Shown piece after piece: positions 25,817-34,598 of a stretch of 64,000 nt of DNA. The DNA comes from Jatrophihabitans sp. (lineage in GTDB: Bacteria; Actinomycetota; Actinomycetes; Mycobacteriales; Jatrophihabitantaceae), in the NCBI GenBank assembly GCA_025924515.1, contig JAICIE010000004.1, positions 1,228 through 65,227 of the forward strand, read 5' to 3'. A program made the position numbers and the translations under genes. The first letter of the stretch is position 1. Every line of letters starts with the position of its first letter. The notes beneath the pieces were generated by a model, which saw nothing but the letters and a program-made list of their open reading frames with translations, searched no databases and had not been told where the DNA came from.

Positions 25817-26853
25817 CCAACGACCCAGCAGTCGCAGCGCTGATGAAGCAGGAGATCGACGAACAGCCGGAAGTATGGCGGCGCCTTCTCGCCTCGGATC
25901 AGTTCGACGCCGCGGCCCAGAGAATTGCCGCGCAACGACCGCGGATGGTGTTGTTGGCCGCACGCGGCACGTCCGACCATGCGGCCTTGTACGCCAAGTA
26001 CCTCGTCGAGGTGATCCTGCGACTGCCTGCCGGTCTGGCCTCGCCGTCGACGATAAGCGCGTACGGCGCCGAGCCGGACCTGCGCGACGTCCTCGTCTTC
26101 GGCATCAGCCAGTCGGGTGGGTCGCCGGACCTCATCCGATATCTGCAGGTCGCCAGGGCCCAGGGCGCGCTTACGATCGCGGTCACCAACAACGAGGGCT
26201 CCCAGCTCGCGCAGGAAGCGGAGGTCCACCTCGACGTCATGGCCGGACCGGAGCGCGCGGTCGCGGCCACGAAGACCTACACCGCTGAACTGCTCGCACT
26301 CTATTTGCTTCTCGACAAGATTAGGGGCGGTAGCGCCAACGCCGAGCCGCTTCCGGAGCTCGGTGACGGGGTGCTGGGTCAAGAGCCCCACATCGTGGAG
26401 CAGGCACAGCGCTACCGCTTCGCCCAGCGCTTGGTGACAACGGCGCGCGGATATTCCTACCCGACGGCGCGCGAGGCCGCGCTCAAATTGATGGAAACCT
26501 CGTACCTGTCGGCCCAAGCCTTCTCCGGCGCCGACTTGATGCACGGGCCGTTGGCGGTCATCGACACGCAGGTTCCCGTCCTCGCCGTGGTCGCGGACGG
26601 TCCGGGCGGCAATGCGATGGGCCCGGTTCTAGAGCGGCTCATCGACGTCGGCGCGGATGTATTCACGGTCGGAACTCAGGCTGCCGTATCGAAATCCACC
26701 AGTGGGCTCGTTCTCCCGGCGAATGTCCCGGAAGAGATCTCGCCGATTCTCGAAATTTTGCCGTTCCAGCAATTGGCGATGCATCTCGCGGTTGCCAGAG
26801 GCGGCAACCCGGACGCACCCCGGGGGCTACGGAAGGTCACGGAAACTCTCTGA
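25813..26853 (+). CDS. Double-SIS-domain sugar-phosphate isomerase/deaminase/deglycase (GlmS C-terminal-like; AgaS/FrlB/NagB-II type)
   Basis: ORF 25717..26853 trimmed to ATG 25813 (ATGA overlap with the kinase stop). Contains LLAARGTSDHAALY, FGISQSGGSPD and AVAATKTYT. Confidence 0.8.
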   Translation: MTNDPAVAALMKQEIDEQPEVWRRLLASDQFDAAAQRIAAQRPRMVLLAARGTSDHAALYAKYLVEVILRLPAGLASPSTISAYGAEPDLRDVLVFGISQSGGSPDLIRYLQVARAQGALTIAVTNNEGSQLAQEAEVHLDVMAGPERAVAATKTYTAELLALYLLLDKIRGGSANAEPLPELGDGVLGQEPHIVEQAQRYRFAQRLVTTARGYSYPTAREAALKLMETSYLSAQAFSGADLMHGPLAVIDTQVPVLAVVADGPGGNAMGPVLERLIDVGADVFTVGTQAAVSKSTSGLVLPANVPEEISPILEILPFQQLAMHLAVARGGNPDAPRGLRKVTETL

Positions 26854-27140
26854 CTCCTGGTCCTCCCCGCGATTCCTCCAAGGTGCGGGCCCTGCGACGT
26901 CATCTGCGGCGCCGAACCCGGTTTGCAGCGAAGGCAGACTTCGGCCTCACGATCGGTCCAAGAGCAGGCTCCCTTAGCGACAGACATTTGCGGCGCCGGC
27001 TCAGGACGATGTGGCCCAACGAGCGCGGCCGCTCGGATTCGTCCTCCATCCTGTGATCTGTCTGATTGGGCGCTACGAGCCACGCCACATCTGGGCCCGT
27101 CGGCCTAAAGGTCGGTCGGAAACGGCCGACAAGTGGCGGC

Positions 27141-28901
27141 ATGAAATCACAGTCACCTTTCCGGGGCGGAAGGCCTCGGCTATTCAGCCGGATGCGATTG
27201 GCCGCTTGCGCCGGCATAGCCGCAGCAGCATTCGCGCCGGCCATGCACACCACAGCCGCCGTGGCGGCGACGACATCGCCGTTCACACTCGCGTTTTCGG
27301 ACGATTTCAGCGGTACCAGCGTGAACAAGGCCAACTGGGCGGTCTACGACAACCCCAGCGGCGACGCCGCCCACTCCGCGAAGCAAGCCGTCGTGCATGA
27401 CGGCATGCTCACGCTCAAGACCGCGTATGACAGCACCTTGGGCCAGTGGACGACCGGTGGGATCTGCGCCTGCAACAACAAGGCGCTGTACCAAACCTAT
27501 GGCGACTGGGAGGTCCGCGCCCGAGCCAGCGCCGGCGACAGTCGCGTCCTCGCCCTTCTGTGGCCGCAGGTCGGATGGCCGCCGGAGATCGACTTCTTGG
27601 AGATGGGCGGCCAGGGCGACCAGGGCGCTCGGCAACTCAACACTCAGACGGTGCACTACGACTCCGACAACAAGATGATCCACACGAGCCAGGGCGCCGA
27701 CTACACCCAGTGGCACACGGTCGGGGTGCAGTGGAGTCCCGGCGTGGTGCGGTACCTCCTCGACGGCACGGTCGTCAACACGGTGATCAACACCGGCGTG
27801 CCTAGCTCGCCGATGCGACTCGATCTGTTCACACACGCGATGACCGGCGTCGACCCCACCGTGCCGGTGACCTACGACATCGACTGGGTGAAGCAGTACG
27901 CCTACACCGGCGGCACCGGCACGGCGCCCGCCGCGCCGGGCAACGTTCTCGCCACTCCCGGAGATACCAGTGCCGCTGTGTCATGGACGGCGCCGAGCGA
28001 CGGAAACAGCGCGATCACCGGCTACACCGTCACCGCGCAGCCAGGCGGCGCCACCGTCAGCGTGCCGCGGACGAACAACAACAACACCGATCCGGTGACC
28101 ACGGCGAACTTCACCGGTCTGACACCCGGCACCGCGTACACCTTCACGGTGACGGCGTCGAACGTCTTCGGCACCAGCGCCAGCTCGATCGCCAGCGCAC
28201 CGGCGACGGTCACCGGAACCCCACCGTCCGTCACCGCGCCGTCGGCCGCCTTCGTGCCGCAGTCGGCCGTGGGCTCCACTCCGGCGAACACCGACGTCTC
28301 GGTGCAGGTCGGCTGGACGGCCACCGCGGGCAGCGCCGACATCTGCGACGAGGACCTGTACCGGGCGACCCCCGACGGCGCCTCCACCTCGCTGAAGCTC
28401 TCCCCCGCCACGGCAACCGCTTTCACCGACCGGCTGTCCGGCACCGGCGCGGTCGCCGCCTACCAGGCGCAGGCCGACGGCTGCAACGGCCTGAGCAGTC
28501 CGCTCACCGCCGGACCGACCTACTCCTACCAACTCCTGCAGGACAACAGCGCCGCCGACACCTACTCCGGCACCTGGTCGATCGCCTCTTGCACGAACTG
28601 CTCCGGCGGCTCGACGGCGCAGACCAAGACCACGGGGAGCTCGGTGACCTACAGCGTGCACAACGCGTACGCGGTGGGACTGATCGGCCAGCAGGGTCCG
28701 GCGCAAGGCGCCATGACCATCTCGGTCGACGGGACCAACGTCGGAACCTTCTCCAACACCGCCAGCACTGCGAAGTACCGCCGGCTGCTCTACACCGCGA
28801 ACTGGAACACCGCCGGCGACCACACCATCACCGTCACGAGCGCGACGACCAGCGCCACGCCGTACCTCAACCTCGACGGCTTGGTGACGCTGAACGGCTG
28901 A
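27141..28901 (+). CDS. Secreted glycoside hydrolase family 16 enzyme with FN3 domain(s) and a C-terminal beta-sandwich (CBM-like) domain
   Basis: Signal peptide (LAACAGIAAAAFAPA). GH16 catalytic motif WPPEIDFLE (ExDxxE). FN3 segment: APGNVLATPGDTSAAVSWTAPSDGNSAITGYTV...GTAYTFTVTASN. The start could be ATG 27141 or ATG 27192. Confidence 0.8.
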   Translation: MKSQSPFRGGRPRLFSRMRLAACAGIAAAAFAPAMHTTAAVAATTSPFTLAFSDDFSGTSVNKANWAVYDNPSGDAAHSAKQAVVHDGMLTLKTAYDSTLGQWTTGGICACNNKALYQTYGDWEVRARASAGDSRVLALLWPQVGWPPEIDFLEMGGQGDQGARQLNTQTVHYDSDNKMIHTSQGADYTQWHTVGVQWSPGVVRYLLDGTVVNTVINTGVPSSPMRLDLFTHAMTGVDPTVPVTYDIDWVKQYAYTGGTGTAPAAPGNVLATPGDTSAAVSWTAPSDGNSAITGYTVTAQPGGATVSVPRTNNNNTDPVTTANFTGLTPGTAYTFTVTASNVFGTSASSIASAPATVTGTPPSVTAPSAAFVPQSAVGSTPANTDVSVQVGWTATAGSADICDEDLYRATPDGASTSLKLSPATATAFTDRLSGTGAVAAYQAQADGCNGLSSPLTAGPTYSYQLLQDNSAADTYSGTWSIASCTNCSGGSTAQTKTTGSSVTYSVHNAYAVGLIGQQGPAQGAMTISVDGTNVGTFSNTASTAKYRRLLYTANWNTAGDHTITVTSATTSATPYLNLDGLVTLNG

Positions 28902-28919
28902 TCACCGCCGCGCCCACAA

Positions 28920-28958
28920 GGCTCCGCCCGCCCCTCAGACCGAGGAGCGGGCGGAGCC
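28920..28958. terminator. Strong GC hairpin between convergent GH16 and sigma-factor genes (putative bidirectional intrinsic terminator)
   Basis: GGCTCCGCCCGC (28920..28931) pairs perfectly with GCGGGCGGAGCC (28947..28958). There is an inner CCTC/GAGG pairing and no clear U-tract. Confidence 0.5.
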
Positions 28959-28998
28959 CTTCGCGTGCGAACCAGCGGCCGGACCGCAGGGCCGGGTT

Positions 28999-29901
28999 TC
29001 AGAGAGCGAGCGCAGCAAAGGGCCGCGGCTCGCCCAGCAGGGTCGTGGCCTCAAGCCGGGTGGTCAGGGACGACCGCGTGACAACCGCGGCGGTGTACTT
29101 CCGCTGCCGCGCCGGCGCTTCCGTCGGCCGGCCACCGTCCAGGTCGCTGACATCGGCATTCATGGCGATCATCGCCGCACGCATGAGGACCAGGGCCTCG
29201 GACCGCAGCTGGGAGATGCGGGACTCGGTCACACCGAGCTCCTCGGCGATTTCGGTCATCTTGCGGTTCTCGAAGAAATAGCGCTGCACGACGAGTCGCA
29301 GCCGGTCCGGAAGCTCGGCAATGGCGTCGTGCAAGTAGCCGATCTGCTCACGCTTGAGGAGCAGGGACTCCGGTCCGTCGCCGGTGAGCGGAAGGCGCTC
29401 GTCGACACCCTCCGGGTTCAGCGACTGCAGGCTCACCACGGACGCGCGGTCGACGTCGGCCTCGACCGCATCCAGGTCGGTCACCGCCACGCCCATCGCC
29501 TGTGCCGTCTCGTCGCGGGAGGGCGTCCGGCCGAGCGCGGCGGCGAGGTCGTTGCGGACCGCCTCGACCTGACGTGCCTTGCTCCGAACCGCCCTGCTCG
29601 CCCAGTCCATTGACCGCAGTGCGTCGGTGAGGGCGCCGCGGATCCGGATGGCCGCGAATCCGCTGAACGGCACGCCCCGCGCCTCGTCGAATGACCGGGC
29701 AGCCAGCACGAGCGCCAGCATTCCGGCTGACACGAGGTCGTCCTGGTTGACGTGCGTAGGAACCCGCATCACCACGGTGCGGACGAGGTGCCCGACCAGC
29801 GGCAGGTGCTCCCGCACCAACGTGTCGACATCGGCGGCGAGGGCGGTCGGCGCGGCAACGTCAGCGGGCTGGGCCTGTGCGGGGGCGGCGACGACCGTCA
29901 C
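28999..29901 (-). CDS. Sigma-70 family RNA polymerase sigma factor, FliA/WhiG (sigma-28) type, with C-terminal extension
   Basis: GTG 29901 is preceded by GGAG. Region 2: DLVSAGMLALVLAARSFDEARGVPFSGFAAIRIRGALTDALRSMDW. Region 4.2: MTEIAEELGVTESRISQLRSEAL. About 55 residues follow region 4.2. Confidence 0.85.
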   Translation of the reverse strand: MTVVAAPAQAQPADVAAPTALAADVDTLVREHLPLVGHLVRTVVMRVPTHVNQDDLVSAGMLALVLAARSFDEARGVPFSGFAAIRIRGALTDALRSMDWASRAVRSKARQVEAVRNDLAAALGRTPSRDETAQAMGVAVTDLDAVEADVDRASVVSLQSLNPEGVDERLPLTGDGPESLLLKREQIGYLHDAIAELPDRLRLVVQRYFFENRKMTEIAEELGVTESRISQLRSEALVLMRAAMIAMNADVSDLDGGRPTEAPARQRKYTAAVVTRSSLTTRLEATTLLGEPRPFAALAL

Positions 29902-30079
29902 GGCGGGCTCCTTCGAGCGTAGGGAGGAGGTTCTCCGGCCCCTGGGCGACTTGGGCGACGTTCTAGTGCCAGCGTGCTTAAGGGCTTCAAGCTTTGTTGT
30001 GACTGGAACTTTATTTGGCTTTTACTGCCTGACGGACCCGCGTAGGTCCCTATGTCTCGGGACCAAGGTCCTGGAAATC

Positions 30080-30868
30080 TTACGCGGACCTTACATCCGG
30101 ACGGGACGAGTCGCCGGCTCGTGCGTGCACGGTGAGGCGGACGTAGTCGACTTCAGGTCGCGGCAGCCTGGCGGCGACTGCTAGGACGACCCTCCGGCGC
30201 TCGGTCGATGGCAGCGGGTCGAGCACGGTGCCGAGGACGACCACGGCGAGGAACGCCTCGAGCTGATCACGCTCAGTGAACACAGCGGGGTCCGGCCGCA
30301 GGTCGACATCCACGTCCGTGAACCCCGCCGCGGCCAGCGCGGCTCGCGTGGATTCGGCGGTGGCGAAGGTGAGTTGGCCGTTCACCGACGGCAGGCCGAG
30401 ATCGGTGAGCGCTGCGTCGACGGCGGCGAGATTCCCGTGGCCACCGAACTCGGCGGCCAGCCGGCCTCCGGCGCGCAGGGCCGACCGCAGGCGCGCAAAG
30501 ACGGACCTGTGGTCCGGCAGCCAGTGCAGCGTGGCAACGGAGAAGACCGCGTCGACCGGGCGGTCCAACGGGAGGCGCTCGCGGAGGTCGGCGTGCAGCA
30601 CTGTAAGCCGGTCGGAAGGAACGCCGGCCAGCCGCTCGCGAAGCCGGGACAGCATGGCCTGCGACCCGTCGACTGCGATCACCCGTCCATGCGGTAGCCG
30701 GCGCAGCAGCGCCTCGGTGTCGCGTCCGGTGCCGGCGCCGGCGTCGAGCACGACCTCGTCGCCGTCAAGCGGAAGGGTTGCCAGCAGCCGGGCTCCCCAG
30801 CGCTTGTGCGGCAGCGGCAGCGAGTCGTAGGACGCAGCGTCCCACTCGCGCGGAGGGCCCGTCACCAT
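30080..30868 (-). CDS. Class I SAM-dependent methyltransferase (Tam/trans-aconitate methyltransferase-like)
   Basis: Motif I VLDAGAGTGRDT and RVIAVDGSQAM; 262 aa. Confidence 0.8.
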   Translation of the reverse strand: MVTGPPREWDAASYDSLPLPHKRWGARLLATLPLDGDEVVLDAGAGTGRDTEALLRRLPHGRVIAVDGSQAMLSRLRERLAGVPSDRLTVLHADLRERLPLDRPVDAVFSVATLHWLPDHRSVFARLRSALRAGGRLAAEFGGHGNLAAVDAALTDLGLPSVNGQLTFATAESTRAALAAAGFTDVDVDLRPDPAVFTERDQLEAFLAVVVLGTVLDPLPSTERRRVVLAVAARLPRPEVDYVRLTVHARAGDSSRPDVRSA

Positions 30869-30978
30869 CCGTGGACCCTAGCCGCGGCCGGTCGAGGCTC
30901 AGGGTGCGCTCGACGCCGACGCGGTAGCGGCTTCGATCGCACCGACGCGGTAGCGGTGCGAATCGGCCTGCCAGAGTC

Positions 30979-30998
30979 ACTATGACAGCTGTCATAGT
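30979..30998. promoter_or_regulatory. Perfect 20-bp palindrome ACTATGACAGCTGTCATAGT (operator-like)
   Basis: Read directly and self-complementary over 20 nt. It sits in the methyltransferase-upstream spacer, immediately before an AGGAGAG RBS-like element. Confidence 0.45.
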
Positions 30999-31073
30999 AG
31001 GAGAGAGGCCGCCCGTGACCGAGAGCCTCCAGCGTGCGGACGAGCGCCTCCCGATGGCGCGCCGCTGCCTGCG

Positions 31074-31364
31074 ATGCCGCGCAGATATTTGGCCGATGCC
31101 GTCGCCGGACGTCATGGACATCTGGCTCTGGTGGCGGAGTTGCCCCGGCACGGCGTCGTGGCACTGGAAAGTGCGATCGCGTCTTCGTCCGGCGACTGGG
31201 AGTTGGTCGTGCTCGTCGAGGACGGCCACCAGCGGCGCGGCGTCGGATGGAGGATGGTCGTCGAGTTGGTTGTCGACATTCGTGCGCGAGGCGGCGTGCG
31301 CGTGATTGCGCAGGTCGGTCATGATCGTCGGACCGTGCTCGCCCGTCTGTGCGAGTTCGCGTAG
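31074..31364 (+). pseudogene. Possible GNAT acetyltransferase fragment
   Basis: A 96-aa ORF with a motif-A-like LVVLVEDGHQRRGVGWRMV. Too short for a complete GNAT domain, and an upstream reading frame (GTG 31015) is out of frame. Weak call. Confidence 0.3.
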
Positions 31365-31421
31365 ATCGTGACGGCATCACCGGGGTGCTGGACTTGGCAG
31401 TCGGCGAGGACGGGGGACGCG

Positions 31422-31583
31422 GTGGTTCACACAGAGCGCGGCCCGCGTGAGCGGATGGTCGTGTCGGCGGCAGCGCTGATCCGCCGCGGCGGCGTCACCG
31501 GCACCGGCCTGCGAGACGTCGTCGAGCATGCGACGGCGCCGCGGGGATCGCTGCAGCACTACTTTCCCGACGGAAAGGACCAG
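31422..31583 (+). pseudogene. TetR-family regulator remnant (N-terminal HTH only)
   Basis: RERMVVSAAALIRRGGVTGTGLRDVVEHATAPRGSLQHYFPDGKDQ matches the TetR N-terminal DNA-binding domain. The ligand-binding domain is missing, and the downstream sequence changes composition. Confidence 0.55.
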
Positions 31584-31670
31584 AGATCGCACCCGTCCTC
31601 GACGCTGCGGTGTCCGAAGCGGCGGAGTCTGACAGACGGGCGACACTCAGCTCACATGAGGAGGCAGGAA

Positions 31671-32084
31671 ATGAATATTGAGTTCGTCGCAAGCGTGAGC
31701 GTCATAACCTTAGACCCGCCGCGCAGCAGAGCGCTTTACCTTGAGGCGCTAGGACTTCCTCTGGAGGCTGCAGAGGGCGACGACTACTTCCACAGCGAGG
31801 ACATCGAGGGCAGCAAGCACTTCGGGATCTGGCCATTGCGGCAAGCAGCGCAGTCCTGTTTCGGAGTGCCCGATTGGCCCGCCGACCGTACCCTTCCGCA
31901 GGCCAGCATAGAGTTCGAGGTCGCAGACGCCGAGGCCGTGCGATCAGCCGCTGAGGAGCTGCATCGGGCCGGCTTCGATCTTCTGCACGACGCGAAAACT
32001 GAGCCGTGGGGTCAGACCGTCGCTCGGCTGCAATCCTCGGAAGGACTGATCATCGGGATTTCGTACGCCCCGTCGCTGCACTGA
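31671..32084 (+). CDS. VOC/glyoxalase-family protein in a low-GC patch
   Basis: ATG 31671 is preceded by GAGGAGG. MNIEFVASVSVITLDPPRSRALYLEALGLPLE...EPWGQTVARLQSSEGLIIGISY. Visibly lower GC than the surroundings. Confidence 0.7.
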   Translation: MNIEFVASVSVITLDPPRSRALYLEALGLPLEAAEGDDYFHSEDIEGSKHFGIWPLRQAAQSCFGVPDWPADRTLPQASIEFEVADAEAVRSAAEELHRAGFDLLHDAKTEPWGQTVARLQSSEGLIIGISYAPSLH

Positions 32085-32203
32085 AATACCCCGAGGGCGG
32101 CGCACCGGGCAGCAGTGGCCCCCGGCCTCCAACATCGGGGTGCGGCTCGGACAAGACCACGTGCCCGTACCGCCCGAATCGTCGGATCGGCTAGCCTCCG
32201 GAC

Positions 32204-32782
32204 ATGCTGCTCAGCGACCGGGACATCCTCGAGGCCGTGGCCGGCGAGCGACTCCGCCTGCAGCCGTGGGAGCCCGACCTGCTGCAACCGTCGAGCATCG
32301 ACGTCCGACTCGACCGCTATTTCCGGGTCTTCAACAACTCGCAATACACCCACATCGACCCGTCGGCGCAGCAGGACGATCTGACGACGTTGGTCGAGCC
32401 GAAGGACGACGAGCCGTTCGTATTGCACCCCGGCGAGTTCGTGCTGGGCTCAACACTCGAGATAGTCACCATTCCTGATGACCTGGCGGGGCGGTTGGAG
32501 GGCAAATCGAGCCTGGGCCGGCTCGGCCTGCTGACTCACTCGACCGCCGGGTTCATCGACCCCGGGTTCAGCGGCCACATCACGCTGGAACTGTCCAACG
32601 TCGCGAACCTGCCGATCACCCTGTGGCCGGGTATGAAGATCGGTCAGCTGTGCCTGTTCCGGCTCACCAGCCCGGCCGAGCATCCCTACGGCTCGGTGCA
32701 GTACGGCTCGCGCTACCAGGGGCAGCGCGGCCCGACGCCGAGCCGATCCTACGTGAATTTCCGCAGGTGGCCCACCCGATAA
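32204..32782 (+). CDS. dcd: dCTP deaminase (likely bifunctional dUMP-forming type, as in mycobacteria)
   Basis: [12 protein letters not shown]...SSIDVRLD...[17 protein letters not shown]; 192 aa. Confidence 0.9.
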   Translation: MLLSDRDILEAVAGERLRLQPWEPDLLQPSSIDVRLDRYFRVFNNSQYTHIDPSAQQDDLTTLVEPKDDEPFVLHPGEFVLGSTLEIVTIPDDLAGRLEGKSSLGRLGLLTHSTAGFIDPGFSGHITLELSNVANLPITLWPGMKIGQLCLFRLTSPAEHPYGSVQYGSRYQGQRGPTPSRSYVNFRRWPTR

Positions 32783-32784
32783 AT

Positions 32785-33819
32785 TCAGATGGAGCCGTCC
32801 TCAATCGCCTGCTTGATCCACGGGATCACCTCGTCGAGCATCTCCGACAGCGACGTGGTGGCCTCGTAGCCGAGCACCCGTCGTGCCTTCTCGACGCTCG
32901 GAACCCGCTTTGCGACGTCGAACTCGAAGGCCGGGTCGCTGACATACCGGAACGGAACCTCCGGACCGTTGATCTTCGCCCAGATCATGTGCGCGAGATC
33001 GAGAACGGTCGTCGATTCGGCGGTGGACAGGTTGAAGTCGTTGTTCGTCGCAGCCTCGCTCTGCACCGCGTCGACGATGCCGCGCGCCAGGTCAGCTCCG
33101 TAGGTGTAGTGCCGCACCTGCTCGCCCTTGCCGAGGATGTGCAACGGGTCCTGCCCCTTGAGCACCTTCTGCACGAGGTCCGGCACCACATGGCTCATCG
33201 CGAGCTTGACGTTGCCCGACTCGATCTCGACGTCACCGACGGCCCGGCTCTCGCCGATACCGACGCAGTTGAACGGTCGCAGGATGGTGTAGGGCAGTCG
33301 GTACTGGTCCCAGGCGGCGCGCGCGAAGTATTCGACGGCCAATTTTTGGAAGCCGTATGACGAGAGCGGCGGCGGCACCTTGCGCTCGTCACCCTCGGCC
33401 GAAGGCCAGTGCGTCGTGGACTCGAAGACCATCGACGAGCTGAGATACGTGACCTTCTGCAGCCTTCCGTTGGCGTGCGCGTTGATGGCGGCGTCGCAGG
33501 AGGATGCGATGATCCGCTCGTTCGCCGCCAAGAGGTCGTAGGCGTAGGTGTGGAAGTACGAGATGCCGCCGATGAGCGCCGCGCCCGCGATGAAGTGGTC
33601 GCAGTCGGCGAGCAGCTCGTTCATCAGCTTCGTGTCGCGGACGTCGCCCTCGACGAAGTGGTAACGCGGGTGGTCGTCGTAGGACTTCACGACCTTGCCG
33701 TATTTCGAGTAGTTGTCGATACCGACGACCTCGTGGCCGCGGTTGAGCAACTCCTCCACGACATAACCGCCGATGAAACCGGCCGAGCCGCTCACGAGCG
33801 TCTTCAGCGACTTGGTCAC
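32785..33819 (-). CDS. NAD-dependent nucleotide-sugar epimerase/dehydratase (extended SDR)
   Basis: LVSGSAGFIGGYVVEELLNRGHEVVGIDN Rossmann motif; 344 aa. The GTGA start overlaps the GT2 stop. Confidence 0.85.
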   Translation of the reverse strand: MTKSLKTLVSGSAGFIGGYVVEELLNRGHEVVGIDNYSKYGKVVKSYDDHPRYHFVEGDVRDTKLMNELLADCDHFIAGAALIGGISYFHTYAYDLLAANERIIASSCDAAINAHANGRLQKVTYLSSSMVFESTTHWPSAEGDERKVPPPLSSYGFQKLAVEYFARAAWDQYRLPYTILRPFNCVGIGESRAVGDVEIESGNVKLAMSHVVPDLVQKVLKGQDPLHILGKGEQVRHYTYGADLARGIVDAVQSEAATNNDFNLSTAESTTVLDLAHMIWAKINGPEVPFRYVSDPAFEFDVAKRVPSVEKARRVLGYEATTSLSEMLDEVIPWIKQAIEDGSI

Positions 33820-34598
33820 TTGCTGACTCCAGACTGTCGGTTTTCCGGGTGATCAGTGCGGTCGACGCGTCCGCCGAACGTGTGGCCTCGGCGGCGTGCC
33901 AAGGCCGGGCCGAATGCGTACCAGTACCAGTGCAGGTACTTCGGCGCCCACTGCGAGAGCTTGAAGTTCGACTCATCCTCGGCGCGGTCGAGCCAGACGG
34001 TCGGCATCTCCGCGACCGGGAGCCGGAATCGGCGCGCCTTCGCGGTCAGTTCCAGGCCTATTTCGAAGCCGTCGCGACTCTCGATCCCCACACGATCGAC
34101 GAACGCGTGGTCATAGGCCTTGAACGAGTTGGTCGCATCGCGGGTGCCCACCCGGGCCAACAGGTACAGCGTTCGCCCGGCCAACCGCGACAGGGTGCGC
34201 TTGAAGAACGGGCCGCCCACCTGCATTCCGCCCGGCATGTAGCGGGAGGCGGCGGCGATCACGACGCCTCGCTCGACCAATCTCGTCAGTTCGTCGATCT
34301 GCCGCGGATCATCGGACCCGTCCGCCATGGTGACGACGACGACGGGCGCACTGGCGTGATCGAAGCCGTACCGGATGGCGTTGGCGGGGCCACGGCCGTA
34401 GTCATTGAGCAATACCCGCACCTGAGGGCCGTAGCGCGACGCGTACGGGATCGTTGAGTCGTCCGGCAGGTCGACGACCACCAAGATCTCACACGGCAGG
34501 GTCACCGATTCCAGCAACCGGTCGAGCACCGGAATGACCGAGCTGCCCTCCTGGTAGGCGGGAATGACCACGCTCACCCGGGGGGCACCGGAGCTCAC
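33816..34598 (-). CDS. GT2 glycosyltransferase, polyprenol-phosphate sugar synthase type (Dpm1/Ppm1/ArnC/GtrB-like)
   Basis: ORF 33816..34628 trimmed to GTG 34598 (GTGA overlap with the dehydrogenase stop). Contains VSVVIPAYQE, VVVDLPDDST and VVTMADGSDDP. Confidence 0.8.
   Translation of the reverse strand: MSSGAPRVSVVIPAYQEGSSVIPVLDRLLESVTLPCEILVVVDLPDDSTIPYASRYGPQVRVLLNDYGRGPANAIRYGFDHASAPVVVVTMADGSDDPRQIDELTRLVERGVVIAAASRYMPGGMQVGGPFFKRTLSRLAGRTLYLLARVGTRDATNSFKAYDHAFVDRVGIESRDGFEIGLELTAKARRFRLPVAEMPTVWLDRAEDESNFKLSQWAPKYLHWYWYAFGPALARRRGHTFGGRVDRTDHPENRQSGVSK

Noticed and set aside
26854-27140. Small ORFs (26923..27108 +, 26900..27334 -) and a possible ncRNA in the 287-bp spacer upstream of the GH16 gene.
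   Set aside because: The translations are low-complexity with poor codon bias. One is antisense to the GH16 signal peptide. There is no recognisable riboswitch or sRNA architecture, so the region is treated as promoter/leader.
31368-32084. A genuine 238-aa TetR-HTH::VOC fusion protein, since the ORF track shows one continuous frame.
   Set aside because: The linker (RSHPSSTLRCPKRRSLTDGRHSAHMRRQE) looks non-coding and the composition shifts at about 31584. The VOC domain has its own strong RBS and ATG at 31671. The TetR part lacks its ligand-binding domain.
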